NCBI RefSeq assembly: GCF_000011125.1
Contig: NC_000854.2
Span: 1,080,001 to 1,112,000, forward strand
Direction: 5' to 3'
Length of the DNA: 32,000 nt
DNA from: Aeropyrum pernix K1
Lineage (GTDB): Archaea > Thermoproteota > Thermoprotei_A > Sulfolobales > Acidilobaceae
Shown piece by piece: positions 1 through 9,210 of this stretch. Numbering within the stretch: position 1 is the first letter of the stretch; every line of letters begins with the position of its first letter. A program made the position numbers and the translations under genes. Below the pieces are notes generated by a model. The model worked only from the letters and a program-made list of their open reading frames with translations, searched no databases and had not been told where the DNA came from.

Positions 1-2
1 CA

Positions 3-773
3 GCACAGCTGCCCGTAATCTTTACAACGGGCTGGAACCTTGCTCACCACGGCACCTTCCTCAGGCCTGATCCCAGCAAGGACCATGCCTGGGACGTGCT
101 CAGAATGATAGTAATGAGGGAGCCGAGCGATATTGAGGCTAGAGCCTTCGAGTCAACCCTGGTACTCTACATGGACCACGGATTCAACGCCTCAACATTC
201 ACCACAAGGGTCATAGGCAGCACGCTCAGCGACCTATACAGCGCAGTAGCCGGGGGGATAGCGGCCCTCAAAGGCCCCCTCCACGGAGGCGCCAACGAGA
301 AGGCCATGGAGATGTTCCTAGACGCTATGAAGAAGGCTGAGGAGAAGGGCGTCCCACTATACGACTACATTGAGGAGTACATTAAAGAGAAGCTTGCCAG
401 GAAAGAGAAGATAATGGGCTTCGGCCACAGGATCTACAAGCTCCACGACCCCAGGACTGATGTTGCGGCAAAGTTCGTCGCCAAGCTAAAAGACGGGGAG
501 TTCTGGATGAAGGTACTGAAGAAGGCCGAGGAGGTTATGTGGAGGGAGAAGAAGATACCTGCCAACATAGACCTCTACACTGCAGTCCTCTACTACCAGC
601 TGGGCATACCTATACCCATGTACACGCCCATATTCGCCATGGGCAGAGTCGTCGGATGGAGCGCACACTACATAGAACAGGTGCTAAACAACAAGCTGAT
701 AAGGCCCACGGAGAAGTACGTCGGCCCAACAGGCCTCAAGTACCAGCCAATAGAGGAAAGATGCAGGAAATAG
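3..773 (+). CDS. gltA: Citrate synthase, C-terminal part (5' end outside window)
   Basis: Frame 3 is open from the window edge (AQLPVIFTTGWNLAHHGTFLRPDPSKDHAWDVLRM...). Conserved blocks: DHGFNASTFTTRV, GPLHGGANE, GFGHRIYKLHDPRTD, GWSAHYIEQ. Confidence 0.96.
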   Translation, partial: AQLPVIFTTGWNLAHHGTFLRPDPSKDHAWDVLRMIVMREPSDIEARAFESTLVLYMDHGFNASTFTTRVIGSTLSDLYSAVAGGIAALKGPLHGGANEKAMEMFLDAMKKAEEKGVPLYDYIEEYIKEKLARKEKIMGFGHRIYKLHDPRTDVAAKFVAKLKDGEFWMKVLKKAEEVMWREKKIPANIDLYTAVLYYQLGIPIPMYTPIFAMGRVVGWSAHYIEQVLNNKLIRPTEKYVGPTGLKYQPIEERCRK

Positions 774-844
774 TCCAAAATAGCCCGGAGGAGGTCCCTA
801 ATAATTCTTAATTTTTTAGCCTACACAGTATAACACTACCCACT

Positions 845-1753
845 TTACGAGCTTGCATCTCTGCTGATCGTTATCAACAAAAGCCCTGAGGCTACTGCCA
901 CTATATCAAGAGCTGCTCCAGGGTTCCACTCACGGCCCCTCCAAAGCCTCTCCAACCATGTGATAGCATGTCGTACGCCCCACCTCTCGGAAACATGGAA
1001 GGCGACCCTGGCCTCCTCCCTAGCCATCTTGAACGCCCTCCCGCCGTACTTCTGGAATATGAGGGTGTCTCCATGCTCCGCTAACACTTTAAGGAGAGCT
1101 TCAAGCAGCGCCTCTTCGACGCTACGCCCCTCCTTCACCCTGTTTAGAGAGTGTCTATACGCTTCAAGGGTTATAGGATAACCTTTGGCCAGCTCTCTAT
1201 GAACCATGTCCCAAGAGTTCAGTTTGAGGAGGAGGGGGTACGGCGGGATGTCACGCTCGCCTCCAGAGGCCACGTCGGGCAGCTCGCCCCTATATCTACC
1301 CAGGTGTGAGGGGGAGAGCCGTCTTAAAATCTTGTAGTGGAGAAGGCTCTCCCTCCTCCCCGTGCAGCAGTAGATAGTGTCTCGAGCTGTCGTTACGAGC
1401 TCCTCAGGCTCGCTGCTCTTTGAGAGGGCTATTGCAACGGCGAGGGGGGCCATTAGCATGAAAGTTCCATATGCTATGTTACCCTTAAAGCGGGGGACGA
1501 CCTCCCTCAAGTACCTTTCCTTTACAGAGGCTATCACGCCTATAGGCCCGTTCTTCCAGGCCTTTAGACAGGCCCACGCAAGAAGGCGCGAGGATAGGGT
1601 TGCGTGGAGAACGAAATCTCCGAAGCTCTTGCCACCCTCGCTTGCATAGGGGGTTACGCCGCCTGGCTTCGGGTGTAGATACGGCTCCAGGACTGCTCCA
1701 TAGCTAAGTGTAGCGGCTAGACTGCAGTCCCCGTACATCCCGGCCCCAGCCAC
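845..1753 (-). CDS. citG: Triphosphoribosyl-dephospho-CoA synthase family (CitG/MdcB-like)
   Basis: Family-like blocks HPKPGGVTPYASEGGKSFGDF, RFKGNIAYGTFML, HGDTLIFQKYGG, NPGAALDIVAVASGL. Confidence 0.85.
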   Translation of the reverse strand: MAGAGMYGDCSLAATLSYGAVLEPYLHPKPGGVTPYASEGGKSFGDFVLHATLSSRLLAWACLKAWKNGPIGVIASVKERYLREVVPRFKGNIAYGTFMLMAPLAVAIALSKSSEPEELVTTARDTIYCCTGRRESLLHYKILRRLSPSHLGRYRGELPDVASGGERDIPPYPLLLKLNSWDMVHRELAKGYPITLEAYRHSLNRVKEGRSVEEALLEALLKVLAEHGDTLIFQKYGGRAFKMAREEARVAFHVSERWGVRHAITWLERLWRGREWNPGAALDIVAVASGLLLITISRDASS

Positions 1754-1808
1754 TGGCTATACCTATTACTGTCACAGGGGGATAAGCTAGATTTGGGCGG
1801 AGATATCT

Positions 1809-2123
1809 ATGGCCGGGGCGAGAGACTGCAGCGTCCTAGAAAGGCTGAGGGAAATTGCCCACCTCCACTTTATGAAGGAGGAGGAAGAGATAGTGTGCAG
1901 AGATATAGAGAGGATAGCGGGCTATCTTGGCCAGGTGTCGAAGGCTCTGGAGGAGTTAGACGCCGATCCAGAGCCCCTCTACCACGTTTGGGAGAGCCGG
2001 TCGAGGATTAGGGACGGCGTCGATAGAGAGAGAAGGATTAGCGTGGCCAGCTTCCTCCAACCAGGCAGGCTCGACAGGGAGGGGAGGGTCAGAATACCGT
2101 GGAGGGAGGTTCGAGGGGGTTGA
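1809..2123 (+). CDS. gatC: Asp-tRNA(Asn)/Glu-tRNA(Gln) amidotransferase subunit C
   Basis: Small ORF directly upstream of gatA; [20 protein letters not shown] helix and C-terminal belt-like segment. Confidence 0.8.
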
Positions 2124-3565
2124 GGAGGGCCTACACTGTAAAACAGCTTCTAGAATCCTATCGAGCTGGGGACACTGACCCGGTGGAGCATGTTTCTAGG
2201 GTGCTCGACGCTCTGAGGAGGTGGGAGAGGGATGTTAACGCGTTCATCTCCCTAGAAGCAGAGGAGGTCCTCATAGATGCGGCTGAGGAGGCTGCTAGGA
2301 GGTGGAGAAGGGGAGAGGCTAGGAGGCTCGAAGGGGTGGTGGTCGGGGTTAAGGATAATATTTCGACGAGCTTTCTGCCCACGACAGCAGGCTCGCGCAT
2401 GCTTGACGGCTACATACCCCCCTTCAACGCCACCGTCGTTGAGAGGCTTCTAATGGAGGGAGCCATAATAATAGGAAAGACGAACCTGGACGAGTTCGCC
2501 ATGGGCTCCACAGGAGAGTTCAGCGCCTTCGGCCCCACAAGGAACCCTTGGGACCTCTCCAGGGTCCCGGGGGGTAGCAGCAGCGGTAGCGGCGCCTGCC
2601 TCGCATATGGCGCCTGCGACGCTGCACTAGGCAGCGATACCGGGGGTAGTGTCAGGCTTCCAGCCGCCTACACCGCCACCGTAGGGCTCAAACCCACCTA
2701 CGGCCTCGTCAGCAGGTACGGGCTCATACCCTACGCGAACAGCCTCGAGCAGATAAGCCCAATGGCCAGGAGTAGCGAGGACGTTATGCTCCTCCTAGAG
2801 GTAATAGCGGGGGGCGACGAATACGATGCTACAAGCATCTATAGCAAGCCCACCACCGCCAGCAGAGAGGAGGGGTTGAAGCCCGAGGACCTTTCGCTCT
2901 GCATACCGGAGGAGCTTGTGGAGCACTCTGAGGAGGCCGTCAGAAAAGCTTTCTACAATACCGTGGGCAAGCTAGAGGGGCTCGGGGCTAGGCTTGAGTA
3001 CGTTGGGCTTGGTGGTGCGGAGGCATATGCACTCCCGGCATACTATACGATAGCCCTAGCGGAGGCGGCGTCAAACCTCGCCAGGTATGATGGGAGCCTC
3101 TACCCTGTTAGAGGGTCGAGCGGCGACTACTGGAGGCAGGCTGCCGAGGCCAGGGGGATCGGCTTCGGGCTCGAGGTAAAGAGGCGTATACTAATGGGTG
3201 TCTACGTTTTGAGCGAGGGCTATAAGGACGAGTACTACCTTGCCGCCACCAAGCTTAGGCGTGTCATAAGGGATGCCATGCTGAAGACCGTCGGAAAATG
3301 TCTTGTGGCGACCCCTGCAAGCCCCATAATGCCCCCCAGGATAGGGGAGAGGGTTGACGACCCCCTGAAGCTCTATGCTATGGACGTCTACACAGTTCTA
3401 GCAAACCTCTCAGGCCTCCCAGCCATAGCCCTTCCCATAGAAATCCACGGAGGCCTCCCCGTAGGCCTCCAGCTAATAGGTCCCAGGCTAGGGGAGAGGC
3501 TGCTGGCGGGCGCCGCCAACATTATAGAAGACCTTACTGGCTTGGCGGGGGTGGTTGCGGGGTGA
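2099..3565 (+). CDS. gatA: Asp-tRNA(Asn)/Glu-tRNA(Gln) amidotransferase subunit A
   Basis: Amidase signature: [57 protein letters not shown]. Confidence 0.97.
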
Positions 3566-5022
3566 ATGATAGATATACCAACGTTAAGATAGGCCTTGAA
3601 ATACATGTACAGCTGTCAAACGCTGGCTCAAAGCTGTTCTGCGGCTGCGACAGCGAGTACAGGGGGTACAAGCCCAACACCAACGTCTGCCCTGTGTGCC
3701 TGGGTCTACCCGGAGCACTGCCAGTCCCGAGTAGAAGGCCTATAGTGCTGGCTATTGCAGCCTCCATGGCCTTAGGCTGCAGGGTCCCAGGCACTGTAGT
3801 TTTCACGAGGAAGCACTACTTCTACCCAGACCTTCCTAAGAACTACCAGATAACCCAGTTCGAGAAGGCTGGAGGGGCGCCCGTCTGCATGGGTGGCGTC
3901 CTAGAGTATCTCAACACCGACAGCTGGAGGTGGGAGAGGGCTAGGATCAGGAGGATAAACCTTGAGGAGGATCCGGGCAAGACATACTATGAGGGTAGCA
4001 TACTCACCAGCAGATACGCCCTAGTGGATTATAATAGGAGCGGCGTCCCTCTACTGGAGATAGTCACCGAACCCGACATACCTAGCCCCCGCCATGCCAG
4101 GATGCTTATAGACTATCTCCTACTCACCCTGGAGTACATAGGGGCAACAAACCCCAGGCTTGAGGGCGTGTTCAGAGTTGACGCAAACATAAGCATTGAA
4201 GGAGGCGAGCGTGTAGAGGTTAAGAACATCGGTTCCACGCAGGACGTGGAGAAGGCGCTGAAATTCGAGATCTCGAGGCAGAGGCTTATTGTAGAGAGGG
4301 GGGGCAAGGTCGAGAGGGAGACTAGGCACTGGGATGCTGAGAGGGGTATGACGAAACCCCTCAGGCTGAAGGAAGAGGAGGCCGACTACCTCTACTTCCC
4401 AGATCCAGACCTCCCCCCAGTAGAGATTACGGAGGACATGCTAGCGGAGGCTGAAAAGCTCGCTTCAAAAACACCAGGAACAATCTACAGGGAGATAGAG
4501 TCTATGGGGGTTAGAAGGGAGATAGCGTGGAGCATAACGAGCACACTCCCAGCAGCCCGCCTATTCCTGGAAGCTGTTAAGCTCGGGGCAGACCCGAGGA
4601 TAGCGGCCCGGCTTGTTGGTGTAGACCTGAAGGGCGAGCTCAAGGAGATGGGGAAGGACCTCTACAGCCCCAACAACTGGCCTCCACCACAGTCTATCGC
4701 AATCCTCTCAAACCTAGTAGCCAGGGGAGACTACACCTACGATAGTATAAAGGGTCTGGTAGTGCCCAAGCTTGCAGCGAACCCAGGGTCCGATGTTAAA
4801 AGCCTCTTACCGGAGAAGGTGAAGGATATCGAGAGGCTAGTTGAGGAGGTTTTGAATAGGGAGAAACGGGCTGTCCAAGACTACCTGGCCGGTAAGAAGA
4901 AGGCGCTTAACTATCTCGTAGGCCAGGTTATGAGGGCTGCTAAAGGTAGGGCGCTGGACCCGCGTCAAGCCAGGGAGATCCTGCTCCGAAGGCTTTCAAC
5001 TGTGAAAGAGGAGGATAGGTAA
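3562..5022 (+). CDS. gatB: Asp-tRNA(Asn)/Glu-tRNA(Gln) amidotransferase subunit B
   Basis: [73 protein letters not shown] start overlaps the gatA stop (GTGA). Confidence 0.98.
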
Positions 5023-5123
5023 AAGAAAACGAATATATACTGGGCTGTACTGCCACACCCTCTAATAGCTTATTTTCCCTTTCTTCAATACTAAGTAATC
5101 TTAGAATGAAGACCTAGATTGAG

Positions 5124-5708
5124 GTGGCTACAGAGATGAGGGTAATGGTTACTGCGTTCGCTACAGTGTCAATCATTATGCTCTCCATCTTCGCCCTGAC
5201 CGGCTACCTAATGTACGCCCAGCCCAGCGAGGAGGAGGCTAGGGCGACTTTCGAGAGCATCGGCTGCGTGAGCTGTCACAACGGAACAGTGGCTGTAACC
5301 TGGGATGAAATCGTTGATGAGCTTAAAGAGGTTCCAGAAAAGTACGGTGGAGATATAGATGCGTATGCCAGGGATGTCGCGTACTTCGGCCAGAAGGGGG
5401 CTTTCAACACCTGGAACGACCTAATAGCTACTATGGCTCAGAACGTTGGGAAACAACCCAACGACCCTGATATACAGAAGATAAACGAGTTCTTCCTATC
5501 AGTAGCAGGTGTGAGTGGGGGTGAGACCACACCTACCGAGACAGCAACAGGGACGACCACGCCTCAAGAGACTACGGAGGAAACAACACCTATGGGTACT
5601 GAAACGGAGGAAGCCGAGGCGGGTATACCGTTTGGTCTGGCCGCAGCCATAGCCCTACTGATTGTAGTGCTGATTGCGGCTGCGGCGTACATGTTCGCTA
5701 GGAGATAG
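5124..5708 (+). CDS. Membrane-anchored mono-heme c-type cytochrome
   Basis: N-terminal hydrophobic segment, one heme-binding motif CVSCH (GCVSCHNG), Thr/Glu/Pro-rich linker, C-terminal TM helix followed by RR. GTG start. Confidence 0.85.
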   Translation: MATEMRVMVTAFATVSIIMLSIFALTGYLMYAQPSEEEARATFESIGCVSCHNGTVAVTWDEIVDELKEVPEKYGGDIDAYARDVAYFGQKGAFNTWNDLIATMAQNVGKQPNDPDIQKINEFFLSVAGVSGGETTPTETATGTTTPQETTEETTPMGTETEEAEAGIPFGLAAAIALLIVVLIAAAAYMFARR

Positions 5709-5773
5709 AGGGCGTAGCACCAATATATATTTTATGGTGTGAATAATAGCGCGCCACTCGTATAGTTTTAACA

Positions 5774-5783
5774 CTATAAAAAC
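5774..5783 (+). promoter_or_regulatory. Putative archaeal TATA box for the subunit IIa/II pair
   Basis: CTATAAAAAC in an AT-rich stretch about 40-50 nt upstream of the GTG at 5823; GGGGGTG Shine-Dalgarno-like run just before that GTG. Confidence 0.5.
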
Positions 5784-5822
5784 ATATTTTATGGGCGCGG
5801 GAAGCATAGGGGGTGCCATCCT

Positions 5823-5957
5823 GTGGGGGAGGAGGCTAACTCTGGCGCTGGCAGAGGAGCTTTCGCAGTAATGGCTGTTTGGACAGCACTGCTTATACTA
5901 GCCTGGATATCCATTGCCCTGGTCATGGTTGAGAGGGGATTCTTCAATGGCGCGTAA
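5823..5957 (+). CDS. Small single-TM protein (44 aa), candidate ba3-type cytochrome oxidase subunit IIa (CbaD-like)
   Basis: Manual translation: VGEEANSGAGRGAFAVMAVWTALLILAWISIALVMVERGFFNGA*. SD-like GGGGGTG upstream. The stop overlaps the ATG of the CuA subunit at 5947 (ATGGCGCGTAA). Missing from the ORF track because it is under 60 aa. Alternative ATG at 5871 gives 28 aa. Confidence 0.7.
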   Translation: MGEEANSGAGRGAFAVMAVWTALLILAWISIALVMVERGFFNGA

Positions 5958-6537
5958 CGGGCTTGTCTACGAGTACATGTTCATAGCTATAATAGTCGCC
6001 GTCCTAGCGGGGTTTATATCTAGCTTAGCGTACTACAGCTACGCGTTGAATGTTAATCCTGCGTGCGAGGCTATCAAGGCCGACCAACAGGCTCTTGAGG
6101 ATATCATGCAAAAAGCCCAGACAACACCAGTCGTAGAGAAGGCAGAGGGAGTTTATGAAGTATATATAGTGGGGAGGCAGTTCGTTTGGATTCCCTCCAC
6201 TATAGTGCTTGAGGATCCAAAGCAGGTTACCTTCTACGTGGCAACATCTGACGTTATACACGGGTTTGAGATAGCCGGTACCAACGTTAACTTCATGGTG
6301 ATACCGGGTTATATAGCAAAGTTCACCTGGTACCCTCCCAAGAATGCGGAGGGAGAGTATCTAATACTGTGCAATGAATACTGTGGCGTGGGCCACCAGT
6401 TCATGAAGGCAACACTAATAATAGAGAGGAGCCAGCAAGCACTATCAACAAGTGGAAACAGCGCTCCAGAGATACTGGAGTATATAGCTGGGCTTCTATC
6501 CTCTACAACGGGCCTAGCGCTAATTCCCCCCTCCTAA
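5947..6537 (+). CDS. Heme-copper oxidase subunit II (CuA), ba3-like
   Basis: N-terminal TM helix, then a cupredoxin domain: VARQF-like VGRQFVWIPS, TSDVIHGFEIAGTNVN, CuA motif CNEYCGVGHQFM. Start taken as the ATG at 5947 rather than the track start at 5914. Confidence 0.92.
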   Translation: MARNGLVYEYMFIAIIVAVLAGFISSLAYYSYALNVNPACEAIKADQQALEDIMQKAQTTPVVEKAEGVYEVYIVGRQFVWIPSTIVLEDPKQVTFYVATSDVIHGFEIAGTNVNFMVIPGYIAKFTWYPPKNAEGEYLILCNEYCGVGHQFMKATLIIERSQQALSTSGNSAPEILEYIAGLLSSTTGLALIPPS

Positions 6538-6553
6538 ACCCATATCTAAGTTT

Positions 6554-6568
6554 GCTGCCTCTAGCAGC
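6554..6568. terminator. Possible hairpin downstream of the subunit II gene
   Basis: GCTGC-CTCTA-GCAGC, 17 nt after the 6537 stop. The following tract is C-rich, with T-rich sequence only later. Confidence 0.25.
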
Positions 6569-6587
6569 CTCTCCCCCGGTGTAACCA

Positions 6588-6596
6588 TTTTATTTA
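6588..6596 (+). promoter_or_regulatory. Putative TATA box upstream of the SCO gene
   Basis: TTTTATTTA about 50-60 nt upstream of the GTG start at 6648. Confidence 0.4.
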
Positions 6597-6624
6597 CTAA
6601 CTAAAATAGCCCTTCCCATCTAAT

Positions 6625-6638
6625 CCCAAAATTTTGGG
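6625..6638. promoter_or_regulatory. 14-bp perfect palindrome CCCAAAATTTTGGG, possible operator
   Basis: Perfect dyad located between the TATA-like box (6588-6596) and the SCO start (6648). Confidence 0.35.
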
Positions 6639-6647
6639 GTTTAATGG

Positions 6648-7412
6648 GTGGTGAGTAGGAGAACAGCCTTTATAGCCGTGGCTGCGGTTCTAGTGGCTTT
6701 TGCCATAAGTGTCGGTGTGGCGCTGATAGTGGCTTCTACTGTTGTCACTAAGCTAGTTAGCAACACAAGCATAGCATCATATAACAACTACGTAGCAGCA
6801 ATAGAGTATGGTAAGCCTTTGGAGCCTGTGGAAGCTCGGAGCAGTGAAGGAATTATTAGAGTGCCCATAGAGGGTGTGGTTAATGTCGTGGTTCCCCAGT
6901 ATGTCAACTGCCCTGACGTGTGTCATTGGGAGTCGGCTATTATGATTTACCTTATGGGGGAGCTTGTTGAACGGGGTCTTCAAGATAAGGTTGTCTTCGT
7001 GACAATAGGTGTGAACCCGTATTATGAGACTATTGAGGATGGAAAGAGGTATATGGAGAGCGTGGCAGGCGACTATCTGGATAAGGGTGTTAAGTGGATA
7101 TGGGTACTTGATGATGTTGAAAAGCAGGAGGAACTGTGGAACATGTTTGGCATAGCTGTGAGCCTCTATTGTGTAAAAAACGATGGCAGCATCATCGACG
7201 AGTTAACCTATGATGACTATCTTAAGCTGGAGGAATCCGGGGAGTGCAGTTTTGTAGGTGTGAACCACACCGCAGGATTCATCATAGTTGACGGTGATGG
7301 TGTTTTTAGATATTTCATGAGTCCCACTGAGGATGGATGGAAGAGGGGTCAGCGTCAGGTTGCCGAGACTATTCTCCAGTACATTCTAAAACTGGTGGAG
7401 GAGAGGAAATAG
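6648..7412 (+). CDS. SCO1/SenC family copper chaperone (CuA assembly)
   Basis: N-terminal TM; CPDVC (CxxxC) copper/thiol motif; thioredoxin-like fold blocks VVFVTIGVNPYYET and NHTAGFIIVDGDGVFRYFMSP with the conserved His. Confidence 0.9.
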   Translation: MVSRRTAFIAVAAVLVAFAISVGVALIVASTVVTKLVSNTSIASYNNYVAAIEYGKPLEPVEARSSEGIIRVPIEGVVNVVVPQYVNCPDVCHWESAIMIYLMGELVERGLQDKVVFVTIGVNPYYETIEDGKRYMESVAGDYLDKGVKWIWVLDDVEKQEELWNMFGIAVSLYCVKNDGSIIDELTYDDYLKLEESGECSFVGVNHTAGFIIVDGDGVFRYFMSPTEDGWKRGQRQVAETILQYILKLVEERK

Positions 7413-7479
7413 TGTTTAGAAAACCTATTAATCGCTTTTCGCGCATGCTAGATATCTTACAAAGGGGGATCCACGGGTA

Positions 7480-8649
7480 ATGGGGAAGGGGGGTAGGAGT
7501 CGACTTAGGCTTTCAGCAGGCTCTGAGGCTGTATCACTGGGCGGTTTGTTTAAGCTGGCCACAGTCATTTTCGTAGCAGTAGTTCTTCTATCGTTTATGG
7601 CAGTAGAGTCCGCCAAGACCGAGAACATGATATTCCTCGACGATCCCAGGGAGTACTGGAGCGTCGTGAAAAGCTACGACAAGGTTCTCGTGTACGTGGG
7701 CCAGACGGGCTGCCTAGGATGTAAGAAGATAGAGCCTGCCATAGAGAGGTTTGCCACTGAGCAGGGTGAGGTTAAAGTCGTCAAAGTATGGCTTGACACC
7801 CTTATAAAGGTTGATGCAGAGTCTACCTTCGATCTGCTCGCGAGGCTAGGTGTAGAAGGGACGCCCACGCTTATAGTTTACAGGAATGGAGTGGAAGTCG
7901 CTAGGCACGTGTCGACATTTGGGTTTGGAGATCAGTACGGGCCCTTGAAAGAGTTTGTGGAGAAAAGCCTTAGTGGGGAAGTATTTATCATGAACTACTC
8001 AACCCCGGGCCAGGCCTACCTAGTTAAGGATACCTTCGATCCCAAGCTGATAGCCTCGGTAACTCTAGCAGGGTTCCTCCTGGGCCTTGTGGCCGCCTTC
8101 TCGCCGTGCAGCCTTCCTATGGTGGCTGCTTTCGCCTCACAATCCGTCTCGGAGTCGCTCCGTTTCAAAAGCTATGTTGTAAACCTCGCTGCTATATTAT
8201 CAGCTGCCATAGGGTTCGGCACCATACTCTCCCTCCTCTACCTAGCCTCGATATTCATACCCCTGAACATATACCAGTTGGCAATTTACTATGCAGCATC
8301 CGTGATCATCGCGTGGGGAATTCTGACGCTGGCGGGTAAGGATGTGATGATAAGAAGTAAAAAGACAGCTAAGATACTGCTACCCGTATTGGGCCTGCAA
8401 TGCAGCCTCCCATTCCTCCTAACAGCAATAGCCCTAGCCAGCCAGGCGCCACACCTTGTTATAGCAGGTAGCATAGCCTTCGCCGCCGGCTACGCCCTCC
8501 CCTACTCTCTGGCCGGAGCTCTAGGAGCTTCAGCCGGGCTTAAGATCGAGAGGATTATGAGAGCCAGTGTTATGAAATACCTACAGGGAATTCTACTGAT
8601 AGGAGCTGGCGCTTACCTCATTTACTACAACATGCCAAGCATAATCTAG
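7480..8649 (+). CDS. Thioredoxin-CcdA (DsbD-like) fusion
   Basis: N-terminal thioredoxin-like domain with CLGC active site (VYVGQTGCLGCKKIEPAIERF), then a multi-TM domain with AFSPCSLPMVAAFA and LGLQCSLPFLLTAI typical of CcdA/DsbD. Confidence 0.88.
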   Translation: MGKGGRSRLRLSAGSEAVSLGGLFKLATVIFVAVVLLSFMAVESAKTENMIFLDDPREYWSVVKSYDKVLVYVGQTGCLGCKKIEPAIERFATEQGEVKVVKVWLDTLIKVDAESTFDLLARLGVEGTPTLIVYRNGVEVARHVSTFGFGDQYGPLKEFVEKSLSGEVFIMNYSTPGQAYLVKDTFDPKLIASVTLAGFLLGLVAAFSPCSLPMVAAFASQSVSESLRFKSYVVNLAAILSAAIGFGTILSLLYLASIFIPLNIYQLAIYYAASVIIAWGILTLAGKDVMIRSKKTAKILLPVLGLQCSLPFLLTAIALASQAPHLVIAGSIAFAAGYALPYSLAGALGASAGLKIERIMRASVMKYLQGILLIGAGAYLIYYNMPSII

Positions 8650-8727
8650 GCGGTCGACTTGATTTTTGTAATAACATAGCTATTTAATCTTAGAGCGGTA
8701 GAACCCCCTTGTAAAGGGCGGGCCATC

Positions 8728-9204
8728 TTGAAAGCCCTTACAGTTAACAAGACTATATTTATCCTTGTAATTGCAGCATCCCTACTTCTCGGAGCAGCAG
8801 TAGGCTATATAGCCCACAGCCTAACAGCTGGAGGCGGCGGTGTTGTCGTTACTGGGTCAAAAGCTGTATCCACGGGAACATCGATAGGTGTTTACCTAAC
8901 GATAAAGAATAATACCAACACAACCTCCTGCATCGTCGGAGCAGACATTGCTGAGAGCGTTAGCGGAAAGGTGGTTGTAGATATTCACAAGACGGTTGAG
9001 GAAGGCGGAAGAGTCGTTATGATGCCCGCCGGCCCGATATGCCTAGGGCCGGGTGAAACGTTGGAAATGAGGCAAGGCCCGGGAAGCTATCACGTCATGA
9101 TAATGGGTGACAGGAGCGCTATAGAAAAGATAACTGAGGATGGCGTTGTGGAGATCAAAGTTCTAGTGGAACAGCAGGTTGACGCACCTATAACCGGGCC
9201 CTAA
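8728..9204 (+). CDS. PCuAC-like copper chaperone, membrane-anchored
   Basis: N-terminal TM; VDIHKTVEEGGRVVMMPAGPICLGPGETLEMRQGPGSYHVMIMG resembles the H...M...H..M pattern of PCuAC. TTG start. Confidence 0.75.
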   Translation: MKALTVNKTIFILVIAASLLLGAAVGYIAHSLTAGGGGVVVTGSKAVSTGTSIGVYLTIKNNTNTTSCIVGADIAESVSGKVVVDIHKTVEEGGRVVMMPAGPICLGPGETLEMRQGPGSYHVMIMGDRSAIEKITEDGVVEIKVLVEQQVDAPITGP

Positions 9205-9210
9205 CACTGG

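Noticed and set aside
2099-2123. 25-nt gatC/gatA overlap as a possible frameshift or fusion
   Set aside because: Both proteins have expected lengths and termini; overlap is ordinary coupling, and a slightly later gatA start is possible.
5914-5946. N-terminal extension MPWSWLRGDSS of oxidase subunit II in the track
   Set aside because: The extension lies in the overlapping small ORF. The ATG at 5947 gives a normal N-terminus ahead of the TM helix.
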